DNA of 64,000 nt from Patescibacteria group bacterium (GCA_041671325.1 JBAZBR010000001.1:89771-153770), one strand, 5' to 3'. Positions 48,662 to 59,789 are shown, counted from the first letter of the stretch. Numbers and translations are program-made. The notes: generated from the sequence alone by a model not told the origin.

Positions 48662-50419
48662 CTAAACATTTTCCTTTTTTGCGATTATATCCTTGACTTT
48701 CTTAATAAAACTGGATTTTTTCATGACTGATACTTTTTCCTTGCCCCGGATGCGGACATGCAAGTTTTTGGACTTTTTCTCCTTATCGCCGATAACAAGC
48801 ATATAAGGGATTTTTTGTTTGACCGCTTGGCGGATTTTGTAACCTACGGTTTCGTTATCGTCATAGACCTCAATCCGAATATTTTCTTCAGTAAATTCTT
48901 TAGCCAATTTTTTTGAATGGCTAATATGAGTTTTGCCGACTGGGATAATGGCCACTTGGACAGGGGAGAGCCAGACTGGAAAAGAGCCTGCATAGTGCTC
49001 AATTAAAAAAGCTATAGTCCTTTCCAAACAACCTACTGAAGCCCGGTGCAAGACAATGGGTTGTTTTTCCTGGCCATGGTTGTCAATATATTTTAGGTTA
49101 AACCTTTTTGGCAGGACAAAATCATATTGTACGGTAAAAGCCGTGTCTTCCTGGCCATTAATTCTTTTCATCTGTACGTCAATTTTTGGCCCGTAAAAAG
49201 CCGCTTCGCCTTCAGCTTCATAAAAAGGCGCTTTGGTATCCTTTAAAACTTTTCTTAAGACATTTTCGGCAATATCCCATGCTTTATCATCCTTGTAATA
49301 TTTTTTCGAGTCATTCCTATCGCCCAAAGAAAGCCGGTATAAATAATCCTTGCCCTTTTTCAGGCCTAAGTTTTTATTAATGAAATCAATTAGTTTCAAA
49401 ACTTCCTTGATTTCTGATTCAGCCTGCTGGGGTTCCAAGAAAATATGCGCATCAGCCAAGGTAAAAATCCTAACCCGCATCAAGCCAGTTAATTCGCCAC
49501 TTTTTTCATATCGGAATTGTGAAGCAAGTTCCGCAATCCGCAAAGGCAATTCACGATAACTGCGAGGTTTGGAGGCATAAAGCATGAAATGGTGCGGGCA
49601 AGTCATGGGCCGCAAGATCAATTCATCCTCATCCACTTTCATGACAGGGTACATGGTGTCTTTGTAATACGGGTAATGGCCGGAGGTCTTGTATAAGTCC
49701 GTCTTAGCCAGGGGCGGGGTATAGACATGCTGGTAGCCGCGTTTCAATTCTTCATCAACCGTAAACCTTTCCAACTCGCGGCGGATGGTTGCGCCTTTCG
49801 AGGTGAGCATGGGCAAACCTCGGCCGACTTGATCAGCAAAAACAAACAAATCCAATTCTTGTCCAAGCTTACGGTGGTCGCGTTTTCTGGCTTCTTCTTG
49901 CATTTGCAGATACTCATCTAAGGTTTTTTTGTCCGCAAATGCCACGCCATAAATTCGGGTCAGCATTTGGTTTTTCTCGTTGCCACGCCAATAAGCGCCA
50001 GCCACATGGGTCAATTTAAAACCCTCCACGGGAATTTCCTTGGTGGAATTGATATGCGGGCCTGAACACAAATCCAAAAATTTGCCGGATTGGTAATAGG
50101 TAATTGGTTTTTTTTCTTTAAACAGTTCGTCGATCAATTCCAACTTGTATTTTTGGTTTTTAGAAAGCTCTTTAGCTTCGGATGGGGTAATGTCAAGCTT
50201 TTGGAAAACCAAATTTTGGCTAATAAATTTCTTCATCTGTTTTTCCAGTTTAGGCAAGTCGGCATTGGTAATAGGTTGGGGGAGTTCAAAATCATAATAA
50301 AAACCATTTTCAATTACCGGACCGATGGCTAATTTGGCATTGGGGAATTTTTCCAAAACGGCCATGGCTAAAATGTGGGAGAGAGAATGGCGGATTTTAT
50401 ACAGTTGTTCGTTATCCAT
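48662..50419 (-). CDS. thrS: Threonyl-tRNA synthetase
   Basis: IRHSLSH, DLCSGPH, RDHRKLG, LRPMTCPHH and AFYGPKID; ATG 50419 preferred because the longer start overlaps the T-box terminator. Confidence 0.97.
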   Translation of the reverse strand: MDNEQLYKIRHSLSHILAMAVLEKFPNAKLAIGPVIENGFYYDFELPQPITNADLPKLEKQMKKFISQNLVFQKLDITPSEAKELSKNQKYKLELIDELFKEKKPITYYQSGKFLDLCSGPHINSTKEIPVEGFKLTHVAGAYWRGNEKNQMLTRIYGVAFADKKTLDEYLQMQEEARKRDHRKLGQELDLFVFADQVGRGLPMLTSKGATIRRELERFTVDEELKRGYQHVYTPPLAKTDLYKTSGHYPYYKDTMYPVMKVDEDELILRPMTCPHHFMLYASKPRSYRELPLRIAELASQFRYEKSGELTGLMRVRIFTLADAHIFLEPQQAESEIKEVLKLIDFINKNLGLKKGKDYLYRLSLGDRNDSKKYYKDDKAWDIAENVLRKVLKDTKAPFYEAEGEAAFYGPKIDVQMKRINGQEDTAFTVQYDFVLPKRFNLKYIDNHGQEKQPIVLHRASVGCLERTIAFLIEHYAGSFPVWLSPVQVAIIPVGKTHISHSKKLAKEFTEENIRIEVYDDNETVGYKIRQAVKQKIPYMLVIGDKEKKSKNLHVRIRGKEKVSVMKKSSFIKKVKDIIAKKENV

Positions 50420-50435
50420 ATAATTTTTATAATTA

Positions 50436-50620
50436 AATAAAACCAAAGCAATTTATTGCTTCGGGTCCCTTTTATCAATATTTGATAATGTGGGAGGTTC
50501 CACCCGGATTCTCCGACGTACGTCGGAGCACTCATTTCTATCAGTCTTTAGCTTAGTCTACCTTCGGTAGATACCATTGTTTGGCAGGATGCTTGGTTAA
50601 TTGCATCTCAATCACTAAAA
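50436..50620 (-). promoter_or_regulatory. T-box riboswitch (Thr) upstream of thrS
   Basis: Minus strand AATCCGGGTGGAACCTCCC...GGGACCCG antiterminator; terminator CCGAAGCAAT/ATTGCTTTGG plus T; ACC codon in the 5' hairpin loop; TTGTCA-17-TATACT promoter. Confidence 0.82.
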
Positions 50621-50795
50621 ACTGAAATTAGTATAGGGTAATTGGCAGGTATTGACAAATTGTAAAAGTCATGCTATTTTATAAAGTTCATTTTTCACAT
50701 GGTGTGAAATTTGGACAGCCAAAACCAAAATTTACCTACTGGCGATGGATGATGGGTAACACCCTGAACCAATCAAAAGAGGTAGAGGAGTTTAT

Positions 50796-51329
50796 ATGTC
50801 GTTATATGCGTACATTGATACAACAGAGTTACCGCAAGGCTGGCACTTAAAATTGCACAACTCAGCGTGTGGATTTTTAATTGGCCCCGATGGCAGAGAG
50901 TGTCAAATTTCCCTTCGTAATTCTGAATATTATTTTCAAACTTATGAGGATGGGTTCGCGCCAGTCATACAAGCAATTCTTATTCCAGCCATATATCGGG
51001 TTACGTTGGTGATGAAGGTTCATGACCCAGAACATATGGCAATTATTGACTGCGGGGAGTCTGTAAGGGGATCCACAACCGCAAACGTAAGAAAGGATTG
51101 CACATTTATCGATAAGGGGAAGCGGGTAGACTTCATAGAGATTTCTATTAGCGGGCCATCCATTGAAGAAGTGATGGCATTGAAGAGTGAAATCCTCTGC
51201 GGTCGTCAGGCTGATGAACCCTATTACAAAATAACTAGTCTCAAACGTTGGTTGAAAGTACGGTTTATGAGGCTGGTGAGAGCTTGGGTGCGTCAGAATG
51301 AGGAAACCCGTGGTGAAGTTACGCCATAA
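50796..51329 (+). CDS. Hypothetical protein
   Basis: 177-aa ORF with GAGGAG SD, TTGACA promoter at 50652 and terminator at 51352-51384. Confidence 0.7.
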   Translation: MSLYAYIDTTELPQGWHLKLHNSACGFLIGPDGRECQISLRNSEYYFQTYEDGFAPVIQAILIPAIYRVTLVMKVHDPEHMAIIDCGESVRGSTTANVRKDCTFIDKGKRVDFIEISISGPSIEEVMALKSEILCGRQADEPYYKITSLKRWLKVRFMRLVRAWVRQNEETRGEVTP

Positions 51330-51439
51330 ACTTTACCATGATAGCGTTTGACGGGCTTGGAATTTCTGAGCCCGTTTTCTTTTTCTTGACTTTTGCCTCA
51401 TTTAAATTATCATAAACCCATACCTCAAAGGAGGTGCGT

Positions 51440-51487
51440 ATGTATTCCAAGGTTCGTTTCCTGCTGGATCCCACTGACGGAGGCTAG
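51440..51487 (+). CDS. Micro-peptide MYSKVRFLLDPTDGG
   Basis: AAAGGAGGT SD directly upstream; shares FLLDP..G with the next micro-ORF. Confidence 0.55.
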   Translation: MYSKVRFLLDPTDGG

Positions 51488-51545
51488 TGACGAAAAAGCT
51501 AAAATCCGTCTAAGGATTCGGCCAAACCTTTCTTGGAGGGTAGTA

Positions 51546-51596
51546 ATGTTCAAGAAAGTCGATCATTTCCTGCTGGATCCTCACGAGGGAGAGTAG
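51546..51596 (+). CDS. Micro-peptide MFKKVDHFLLDPHEGE
   Basis: GGAGGG SD; paralogous to 51440-51487. Confidence 0.55.
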   Translation: MFKKVDHFLLDPHEGE

Positions 51597-51683
51597 AGGG
51601 GTTTCGAAATTCTGAATGAGGATTAAAAGCAATAGGGTGGAGTCAATTTGATCCACCCTGTTTTAATTGGGGCTTGTTTTAAC

Positions 51684-52046
51684 TTAGGCCGCTTCCCGGT
51701 GGCGTGGGGGGTGTTCTGGATTGATGATTTTTTCAACCTCTTGCCTGACTGCACCATCAATTTCCTTTTGGGTTTTTTTCTGGCCGGAATAGGTGCTTTC
51801 AAAATCCATTAAAGCGCTATAAGCCTGGTTAGCGGCGGCATCAATTGTTTCATCCTGGTTATAAAACTCCTGCCATCTTTCGTCAGATACATTTTCAACT
51901 TTATCTAGCCTTTCTTTTTCGTACATGTGGAAGCGCTGTTTGACTCTGGCTTCAATTAATTCTTTTAGCAACCTTTCATAGACCAAAGATTGGTCAATAT
52001 TGCTTTCCGTTGCCTCTTCAACTGATGGAATTTCAATTGTTGGCAT
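51684..52046 (-). CDS. Acidic hypothetical protein
   Basis: 120-aa ORF co-oriented with the dnaE cluster. Confidence 0.65.
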   Translation of the reverse strand: MPTIEIPSVEEATESNIDQSLVYERLLKELIEARVKQRFHMYEKERLDKVENVSDERWQEFYNQDETIDAAANQAYSALMDFESTYSGQKKTQKEIDGAVRQEVEKIINPEHPPRHREAA

Positions 52047-52070
52047 AGGTTTGGAAGATTAAAGTTAAAA

Positions 52071-53318
52071 TTATTGGCCTCGGTTGACTTCCAGCTGGAG
52101 GTTGTTTTTTTCACTAGTGATTTTGTTTGACCAGAATGGCGCCAATTCTATGATTACGCTTGAAACCGCTGGGTATTTGGCCAGCAAGGCTTCAACCTCA
52201 GTTTTAGTCTTACCGGTGTAGGTTTCGGCTTTAAGCAGGGTATGGCTCGGCGCTAAAGTGGTTTTGCCAGTGGCGGTTATTTCAAATTCAGCTTTTTGCT
52301 TGGCACTGTCATAAGAATTAATTTTAAAAGCCAAATCATTACTGGATATTTGCAGAAGTTGCAGGTCGGCAGTAATGGTGGAATTCAAAAGTTTGGTAGC
52401 CGAATCCACAACCAGAGCTTCGTCAATGGCAATTCCGATAGTCTTTACGGTCAATTTTAGCGTGTAGCTGGTTTTTTTATCACCAATTTTAGGGCCTTCA
52501 CGTTTGGTAGCTGTAGCATAAACCATGTCAGTGAATAATTTCCGGCCAGTGGGCACCAGTTTTTGTAAGTCAGGCAAAGCTTTTTCCGCCGCTGATTTCA
52601 AAAGCTCACTTTCCGCATTAGCCAGTTCATTGGCGGTTAAACCTGGGACATTAGAATTGGAAGAGGTTGAAGTGGTTTGTTCACCGTAAAAATTTTCAGT
52701 AGCAAGGCCGTAAATCTTGTCTTGGAGGCCAAGCCACAGGCCTGGAATTGTAAAACGCGTATCTTTTTCCAAAGCGCCTTTTTCTCCGGTTTCATCAGCG
52801 ATAATTAAAGTTTCAACACTGCCCCCGGCAGGCACTATGACTTTTTCCTGGATCCGGAAAATCAAACCACCCGGCGACTTGAAACGCGTGGTGGCCATTA
52901 AGGGCTGGGCTTTGGAATAGTTATTAATGATTTTAATTTCACCCCTGGCTTTACCCGAGAAAGCTGGAGTTTCTTGAGTTTCTGCGGTTGTAGTTTCGGC
53001 TTTAGTCTCGGCTTGGAAGGACTCTTCAACCTCTACGGTTTTTTCCAGAAATGCCGCCGGGATATCAGTATCGATTGGTGTGGAAGCGGCGGTCAAATTG
53101 GTTTTAGCTTCAGCTTTTTGGGGAGTCCAGGTAAAGCTGACCCGGCTTTTACCTGCAGCCAAGAATAAAACTCCGCCTAAAATGATTATGGCTATGGCCA
53201 AGAAACCAAAGACCCAATATTTTTGGCGATCGGTTGTGGTGTGGCGGGGATGGTGTTCCGTATTGTGATGTTCAGAATGGTGTTCAGAATGGTGTTCGTG
53301 ATGATGTTGTTCAGTCAT
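52071..53318 (-). CDS. Single-TM protein with baseplate J-like beta domain and His-rich N-terminus
   Basis: KARGEIKIINNYSKAQPLMATTRF...VPAGG...FTIPGL pattern; HHSEHHSEHH tract. Confidence 0.7.
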   Translation of the reverse strand: MTEQHHHEHHSEHHSEHHNTEHHPRHTTTDRQKYWVFGFLAIAIIILGGVLFLAAGKSRVSFTWTPQKAEAKTNLTAASTPIDTDIPAAFLEKTVEVEESFQAETKAETTTAETQETPAFSGKARGEIKIINNYSKAQPLMATTRFKSPGGLIFRIQEKVIVPAGGSVETLIIADETGEKGALEKDTRFTIPGLWLGLQDKIYGLATENFYGEQTTSTSSNSNVPGLTANELANAESELLKSAAEKALPDLQKLVPTGRKLFTDMVYATATKREGPKIGDKKTSYTLKLTVKTIGIAIDEALVVDSATKLLNSTITADLQLLQISSNDLAFKINSYDSAKQKAEFEITATGKTTLAPSHTLLKAETYTGKTKTEVEALLAKYPAVSSVIIELAPFWSNKITSEKNNLQLEVNRGQ

Positions 53319-53322
53319 ATTT

Positions 53323-56300
53323 TTATCTAGTTAAGTTTGATTCGCCGAGTATTTTGGCTAATTCTGGCCAAGCCAGCCGGCTGTTAATTGTATATTTAGT
53401 TTTTATTCGTTTGCCCCCATTGCCATTTTGGGTCAGGAGTTCAACCGGGGTGGCGCCTGGGTATTTTTCAAAAAGGCTTTTTAAGGTTTCAAACTTTTCT
53501 TTGCTTATTTTGGCTTCTAACCTGATAACCAAAGGCCTAATGCCGCTCTGTGTATTAGCGTAAACTTCTAATGCCTGGGTGTCCAGCTCCCGGGCTGAAT
53601 CGGCCAAAAGCTTGGTTTCACCGTCTTTATCCGAAATTTTCCCTTCAATGATAACCAAGCGGCCATCAACCCAAAGCTCGTTGGTGCTTTGGAACAACTT
53701 TGGAAAAACTAAGACCTCAACCGACCCGCCCGCGTCCTCAATCCTGACAAAAAGCATGGAATCATTTTTTTTGGTCAGGATTTTTTGGATTTTAGCCACG
53801 ATCCCGCCAATCCTGACTCTTTCATCCTTGCCGTGTTCGGCTAAGCGGCTGATGGGCGTGGCAATCAAGCTTAATTGTTCCTGGAAAACCCTTAAAGGAT
53901 GATCTGATAAATACAAGCCGACCAAATCTTTTTCCCATTGCAGACATTGGGTTTTAGTGGCAGGGTCGGTTGGTTTCAATCTAAGGGTTGGCGCGTTGCC
54001 AGCTGGCAGGTCAGCAAATAAAGATACTTGGTTATTGGTTTGGGCGGTATTGGCATTTTTATTAAATTTTAAAAGGGTTTCTGAATTGTTTAAAAGTTGG
54101 CCGCGTTCGCCAAACCGGTCAAAGGCTCCGCATTTAATCAGGCTTTCCAATGATTTTTTATTAAAATCCTTGACTTGAACTCGGGTTAATAAATCTTCCA
54201 AGGAACGATAATGCCCATTAGCTTTTCTTTCATGGACAATGGCTTTAACTACATTTTCACCGACGTTTTTTACGGCCGTTAAGCCAAAACGTATTCTATG
54301 GGTAGGTTTTTTAGTTTCCGGGTCATAGACGGCAGTAAACGTCGAATAGCTTTCATTAATATCTGGCGGCAGGACTTGGATGCCCATATGTCGGCACTCA
54401 TCAATTTCAATGGCAATCCGGTCAATTGATCCGTGGTCACCGGTCAATAAGGCGGCCATAAAAGCTTCGGGTTCGTGGGTTTTGAAATAGGCGGTTTGGT
54501 AGGCAATCAGGGCGTAGCAAGCGGCATGTGACCGGTTAAAGCCGTACCTGGCAAATGGCTCGATGAAGTCAAAAACTTTTTCAGCCGTGGCTTTCTTGAT
54601 GCCGTTGTTGACGCAACCGTTAATGAATTTTGTCCTTTGTTCTTTTAAAAGTTTGGCGATTTTTTTGCCCACGGCTTTGCGAAGCACATCAGCTTCACCC
54701 AGGGTGAAACCGGCTAAGTCCCGGGCAATTTCCATAATTTGTTCCTGGTAAACTGCCACGCCGTAAGTTTTTTTCAAAATCTTTTCTAATTTTGGGTGGA
54801 GGTAGGAAGCGGATTTTTTGCCATGCTTGCGAGCGATAAAATCGGGGATAAATTCTATCGGCCCCGGCCGATACAAGGAAACCATGGCAATTAAATCTTC
54901 CAGTTCAGTGGGCTTGAGCTCTTTTAAATATCGGCGCATGCCAGAAGATTCAAATTGAAAGACCCCAATAGTCGTGCCGCCTTGCAATAATTCAAAAACC
55001 TTGGGGTCATCCAAAGGTAACTTGCCTAAATCATATATTTTATTTTGGGCTTTTTGGATAATTTCAATGGTCTGTTCCAGTACGGTTAAGTTTCGCAAGC
55101 CCAAAAAGTCCATTTTTAACAAACCCAAATCTTCAATCGGGTGCAGGGAATATTGGCTAATGACCGTATCATCATCCACGCCCGCGTGCTGTAAAGGAAT
55201 ATGTTCAATTAAAGGTTCTTTAGTAATGACCACGCCGCAAGCGTGAACCGAGGCATGCCTGGCCACGCCTTCCAAGCGGGCGGCGATGTTTAAGAGTTTT
55301 TTGCCGTCTTGGTCATTTTGCATTATTTCTTTTAGTTCTAAGACTGTATCCAAGGCTTGAGGTAAAGTTGTAAACATGGGGATTAGCTTGGCGACGCGGT
55401 CGCAATAGGTATAAGGGAAACCTAAGACTCGGCCCACATCCCTGATTGCGGCTCTGGCTGCCATAGTCCCAAAAGTAATAATTTGAGCCACATGGTCTTC
55501 GCCGTATTTTTCTGCCACGTATTTTAAAACGTCATCCCGTCTGGTGTCGGCAAAATCCAAGTCAATATCCGGCATGGAAATTCTTTCAGGATTCAAAAAT
55601 CTTTCAAACAAAAGATCATAGGCCAGGGGATCGACATTAGTAATATTAGTCAAATAGGAAACAATTGAACCGGCTGCCGAACCGCGGCCCGGGCCAACCA
55701 CCACGCCATGGTTTTTGGCCCAATTCACAAAGTCCTGGACAATCAGGAAATAACCGGCAAAACCCGTCTTTTCTATGACCGAGAACTCATAATCAACACG
55801 CTCTAAAATTTTCCGGTCATTTTCCCGGCCGGGATATCTTTTTGGAATGCCAGCTATGGCTAATTTTCTCAAATAAGAATTTGCCGTTTCAGCCTCTGGC
55901 ACCTCAAAGTGGGGGAGTTGGGTATTGCCAAGCGGCATTTCAACATTGCACCGTTCGGCAATTCTTAAAGTGTTTTCAATAACCTCGGGATGGTCTGGAA
56001 AAGCTTTTTTAAAATCTGCTTCTGACCGCATACTGACATTCACGCCTTTATAGGTCATGCGTTTTGGATCAGCAACCATGCTTCGGGTCTGGATGGCCAA
56101 AAGCACGTCCTGGATATCCGCATCATCTTCGGACAAATAATGCACATCATTTGTGGCCACCACCCCGAGCTTAAATTTTTTTGCCAATTTAAAGATTTCC
56201 TCATTTACTTTCAACTGTTCTTCCATATTGGTATGAGGCTGGACTTCCAAGAAATAATTGGATTCGCCGAAAATTTTTGAATATTTTTTTATGATTGCCT

Positions 56301-56763
56301 CGGGATTTTCATTAATTTTCCCCAAAATAGCTGATGGTAGTTCACCCTGCAAGCAGGCGGTAAGGGCAATCAAGCCATTATGGTATTTGTTCAGCAATTC
56401 TTCGTCGATGCGGGGTCGGTAATAAAAACCTTCCAAGTGGGAATAGGTTACAAGCTTTAATAAATTTTTATAACCAGTAAAATTTTCCGCCAATAAAACC
56501 AGGTGAAACGGTTTTTCATCTATCTTGGCTTCTTTATCATGGCGGGATCTCCTGGCTACATAAGCCTCCACGCCGATAATTGGCTTGAGGCCGGCCGCAA
56601 TGGCTTTTTGGAAAAATTCTACGGCGCCATATAACACCCCATGATCAGTTAACGCTACAGCAGGCGAATTTTGGTTTTTTGCATAATTAACTAAATCGTC
56701 GATCTTGGGCAGGCCGTCGAGCAGGGAATAATGGGAATGGACATGGAGATGGACGAACGACAT
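53323..56763 (-). CDS. dnaE: DNA polymerase III alpha subunit
   Basis: [39 protein letters not shown] and YGFNRSHA motifs. Confidence 0.97.
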   Translation of the reverse strand: MSFVHLHVHSHYSLLDGLPKIDDLVNYAKNQNSPAVALTDHGVLYGAVEFFQKAIAAGLKPIIGVEAYVARRSRHDKEAKIDEKPFHLVLLAENFTGYKNLLKLVTYSHLEGFYYRPRIDEELLNKYHNGLIALTACLQGELPSAILGKINENPEAIIKKYSKIFGESNYFLEVQPHTNMEEQLKVNEEIFKLAKKFKLGVVATNDVHYLSEDDADIQDVLLAIQTRSMVADPKRMTYKGVNVSMRSEADFKKAFPDHPEVIENTLRIAERCNVEMPLGNTQLPHFEVPEAETANSYLRKLAIAGIPKRYPGRENDRKILERVDYEFSVIEKTGFAGYFLIVQDFVNWAKNHGVVVGPGRGSAAGSIVSYLTNITNVDPLAYDLLFERFLNPERISMPDIDLDFADTRRDDVLKYVAEKYGEDHVAQIITFGTMAARAAIRDVGRVLGFPYTYCDRVAKLIPMFTTLPQALDTVLELKEIMQNDQDGKKLLNIAARLEGVARHASVHACGVVITKEPLIEHIPLQHAGVDDDTVISQYSLHPIEDLGLLKMDFLGLRNLTVLEQTIEIIQKAQNKIYDLGKLPLDDPKVFELLQGGTTIGVFQFESSGMRRYLKELKPTELEDLIAMVSLYRPGPIEFIPDFIARKHGKKSASYLHPKLEKILKKTYGVAVYQEQIMEIARDLAGFTLGEADVLRKAVGKKIAKLLKEQRTKFINGCVNNGIKKATAEKVFDFIEPFARYGFNRSHAACYALIAYQTAYFKTHEPEAFMAALLTGDHGSIDRIAIEIDECRHMGIQVLPPDINESYSTFTAVYDPETKKPTHRIRFGLTAVKNVGENVVKAIVHERKANGHYRSLEDLLTRVQVKDFNKKSLESLIKCGAFDRFGERGQLLNNSETLLKFNKNANTAQTNNQVSLFADLPAGNAPTLRLKPTDPATKTQCLQWEKDLVGLYLSDHPLRVFQEQLSLIATPISRLAEHGKDERVRIGGIVAKIQKILTKKNDSMLFVRIEDAGGSVEVLVFPKLFQSTNELWVDGRLVIIEGKISDKDGETKLLADSARELDTQALEVYANTQSGIRPLVIRLEAKISKEKFETLKSLFEKYPGATPVELLTQNGNGGKRIKTKYTINSRLAWPELAKILGESNLTR

Positions 56764-56837
56764 GAGCGCTTGATTTTAAGGTAAAAATCCCCCCGAGCCA
56801 GCATGACATGAGGTTTTAGGTTGGCATGATTTTTCCA

Positions 56838-57158
56838 TTATTCAAAATCTTCTTCAGTTTTTTTTGCCTGCTTTTTGGCCTTTCGGTTTTGGACAAAACT
56901 GGTAACGTCGCTTACCGCTTTGACAATACTGCCGATTGCCGAGGCCGAAGAACTGACTTTATCTTGAATAGTATCCAAAATTGTGCCTAAATGTTCCAGC
57001 CGATCGTGTACGCTCTCAATCATCTTGCGAAATTCCTGGATTGCTTGGTTTACGGTCTTAACAATTTGGACCATATAATACAAAAGCCACACCATAAAAG
57101 CGCCGACTGCCAGTAAAACCGCGGCTAATACGATGTTCAAAATATCGCCTGTGTTCAT
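56838..57158 (-). CDS. TM plus coiled-coil protein (DUF948-like)
   Basis: N-terminal TM followed by an amphipathic coiled coil; ATG 57158 lies 8 nt after TGnTATACT. Confidence 0.7.
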   Translation of the reverse strand: MNTGDILNIVLAAVLLAVGAFMVWLLYYMVQIVKTVNQAIQEFRKMIESVHDRLEHLGTILDTIQDKVSSSASAIGSIVKAVSDVTSFVQNRKAKKQAKKTEEDFE

Positions 57159-57221
57159 AGAAAAAAAGTATAACATATTTTGAGTTTGGCAGCCAAAGGG
57201 AATTTTAGTTATACTGGGGGT

Positions 57222-58058
57222 ATGGCAGACAACGTTTCCGATTTGGGCTTAAGGTTAAATTACTGGTTTTTAACCAACCGCCAGCAGCTGAGAAAGTGGT
57301 GGGTGATATTGTTATTGGCTCTGGATATATTCATTCTGGCTGTTTGCATTACCCAGGGTCTGCTTATGATTATTCGCTTTCATGACTCAAGCAATACTTT
57401 AAGCAGTATTGTTGAAACAACCAAGCAGAATGGCCAGGCTCAATCGGCTTTTAAGCCTAAAAACTTGGTTCAAGCTACGGCTTTTACGACTTTACACGGC
57501 TTGGGCCGGTATGATTTTTCTGCACGTTTGGAAAACCCCAATGATTATTGGCTAGCCACGGCGACTGTGCAATTTGGAGGCGGGAAGAATAAACTAACTC
57601 CGGTTCAAGTTATATTGCCGCCAAAGAGCATAAGATATGCCATGGCCTTGGATATTGAACCGGCAACCGAAAACGAAGTTCCGAAAGCCAGTTATTCTGT
57701 AACTAATATTAATTGGGAGAAACTGGACGCAGCCGAAGTTGCAAAAAATATCATAGATCTTAAGGTTGAAAAACTTAAACAATCCCAAACTTCATTAATA
57801 TCCAGAGAGGGCACCAATAGGGTTGTTACCCAGGTCAATGGTGAAGTTTCAAATAAGAGTTTTTTTAAATTAGATGGCTTGAGAATAGCAATTGTTTTAA
57901 GCAATGGTACAGAAACTATTGGGGTCAGAAGTGCGATAATTTCCAGCATAGCCGCCGAAACAACCCTGCCGTTTTCAGTTGAATGGGATACGGCTTTGCC
58001 CAGTGCGCAAAAAGTTGAGGCTTTTCCTGAAATTCATAGCCGGTTAATCAAGCCGTAA
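57222..58058 (+). CDS. Membrane-anchored hypothetical protein with beta-rich domains
   Basis: TM near the N-terminus, ENPN motif; directly upstream of rodA. Confidence 0.7.
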   Translation: MADNVSDLGLRLNYWFLTNRQQLRKWWVILLLALDIFILAVCITQGLLMIIRFHDSSNTLSSIVETTKQNGQAQSAFKPKNLVQATAFTTLHGLGRYDFSARLENPNDYWLATATVQFGGGKNKLTPVQVILPPKSIRYAMALDIEPATENEVPKASYSVTNINWEKLDAAEVAKNIIDLKVEKLKQSQTSLISREGTNRVVTQVNGEVSNKSFFKLDGLRIAIVLSNGTETIGVRSAIISSIAAETTLPFSVEWDTALPSAQKVEAFPEIHSRLIKP

Positions 58059-58063
58059 AAAGC

Positions 58064-59170
58064 ATGGCCAAAATTAACCTTCAAGGCTTGCGGCAAATTG
58101 ATTGGTTGCTGTTGTTGGCAACTTCACTTTTAGTTTTTTTCGGCTTAGTAGCCTTAGCCAGTGTTACCATTGCAAAATCTCCACCAGAATGGGAGCCTTT
58201 TTTCCGCCAATCGATTTTTTTGATACTGGGCCTGCTGCTTTCTGGCTTGGCGATTCTTGTTGATTACCGGATTTTACGCGGCTATAGCATGCATGCCTAT
58301 GTTTTTTCAATTATTCTGTTAGTTGGGGTTTTAATCTTTGGCACAACAATCCGCAATACCACCGGTTGGTTTGTGATTGCCGGCATAAGTTTTCAGCCGG
58401 TTGAGCTGGTAAAACTTCTTTGGATTGTGGCTTTTAGCGCATATTTGGCAAGATACGCCAGAGCTTTTGATCAGTGGCGGCACTTGTGGATTTCTGGCGG
58501 ATTTATGCTGGCCTTATTAATCTTAATCATGCTCCAGCCGGATTTGGGTTCGGCATTCGTCATTCTGGTCATTTACCTTGGTCTTTTATTACTGGCAAAT
58601 GTAAAGCTAAAGCAAGTTCTATTATTATTGTTAATTTTAGTAACCGCTGGAGTTTTAAGTTATTTTTTTCTTCTTCAGAATTATCAAAAAGACAGGATTA
58701 AAGTTTTATTCCAACCGGGCAGTGATCCTTTGGGTAGCGGGTATAACGTAACCCAATCAATCATCGCTATTGGTTCCGGCCAGTTTTTTGGCCGCGGTTT
58801 TGGCCAGGGCACGCAAAGCCAGTTGAATTTTTTGCCTGAACAGCAGACTGATTTTATTTTCTCGGTTTTTGCCGAAGAGTTTGGTTTTTTAGGAACCGCT
58901 TTATTGCTTTCTGCTTTTGCCTTGCTTTTGATTAGAAGCTCAATTATTGCCAGGCGATCCAGGGAAGATTTTGGCGCGTTCTTGTCGGCTGGTATTGGCA
59001 TTTGGTTTGTCGTCCAGCTTTTTATAAATGTCGGCATGAATATGGGGATATTACCGGTCACCGGCATACCCCTGCCTTTAGTCAGTGCTGGCGGCAGTTC
59101 CTTGGTTTCCAGCCTGGTTGCCATTGGCTTGATCCAAAGCGTGGTTTTAAGGACGAGATTGACAGTTTAG
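58064..59170 (+). CDS. rodA: Rod shape-determining protein RodA (SEDS)
   Basis: FQPVELVK, QPDLGS, DPLGSGYN..QS..AIGSG, PEQQTDFIF and PVTGIPLP motifs. Confidence 0.93.
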   Translation: MAKINLQGLRQIDWLLLLATSLLVFFGLVALASVTIAKSPPEWEPFFRQSIFLILGLLLSGLAILVDYRILRGYSMHAYVFSIILLVGVLIFGTTIRNTTGWFVIAGISFQPVELVKLLWIVAFSAYLARYARAFDQWRHLWISGGFMLALLILIMLQPDLGSAFVILVIYLGLLLLANVKLKQVLLLLLILVTAGVLSYFFLLQNYQKDRIKVLFQPGSDPLGSGYNVTQSIIAIGSGQFFGRGFGQGTQSQLNFLPEQQTDFIFSVFAEEFGFLGTALLLSAFALLLIRSSIIARRSREDFGAFLSAGIGIWFVVQLFINVGMNMGILPVTGIPLPLVSAGGSSLVSSLVAIGLIQSVVLRTRLTV

Positions 59171-59345
59171 AAATTTAAAAATACTGAATTTACCTATAGT
59201 ACTTAGTATTGGGGCGCCTCTTTTAGCGCTTGATTAGCTTATTAAATTTCGTACAAATATGGCACTTTAATAGATAGGCCTGCGAGAAAGATCAGTTGTG
59301 GTTTTAAATTCTTGACGTCAGAAAAAAATAATGTTATAGTTTAGC

Positions 59346-59687
59346 TTGAAAAAATATTTAAATATGAAATTTCAACCCTCAATGCAATCTGGATTTGATT
59401 TAAGAGCCGGTGTAGATTTTGCCGGCATCTGCCCGGCATGCAAAACCGCATTTGACCCCTGGTCAATCAGGTTGATTGCTCAGCAAGAGGAAAAGCATTT
59501 ATTGCATATTGTTTGCCAAAAATGCCAAATTGCTTCTTTGGCGCTGGTTTTGGTCCAAGCTGGGGGCTTGAAAGCCTTTGAATTAATTACTGATTTAAAC
59601 CAGGAAGATGCCCAAAAATTCGGCAAATTGCCAGCTATCAGCATGAATGAAGTTTTAGCTTTCCATGTAGAATTACAGAACTATTGA
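59346..59687 (+). CDS. Small zinc-binding hypothetical protein
   Basis: ICPAC...HIVCQKC; start either TTG 59346 or ATG 59364. Confidence 0.7.
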   Translation: MKKYLNMKFQPSMQSGFDLRAGVDFAGICPACKTAFDPWSIRLIAQQEEKHLLHIVCQKCQIASLALVLVQAGGLKAFELITDLNQEDAQKFGKLPAISMNEVLAFHVELQNY

Positions 59688-59789
59688 ACATTCCCTTGAA
59701 AGCTTGCGAAACTCTGGAATATCCTTTAGATTATTGATGCCTGCTGAACAGGCTGGAAACCCTTGTTTTATTTACTCAATTTGCATTAT

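Noticed and set aside
50735-50790. Fluoride riboswitch (GGCGATGG)
   Set aside because: The complementary TTCGCC and downstream TGA..CC elements are missing.
51393-51596. 67-aa ORF from the track
   Set aside because: Its TTG start lies inside the promoter-like region without an SD; two SD-led micro-ORFs explain the sequence better.
52071-53318. Prophage or contractile system suggested by the baseplate J-like domain
   Set aside because: No other phage structural genes; membrane anchored and located in the dnaE cluster.
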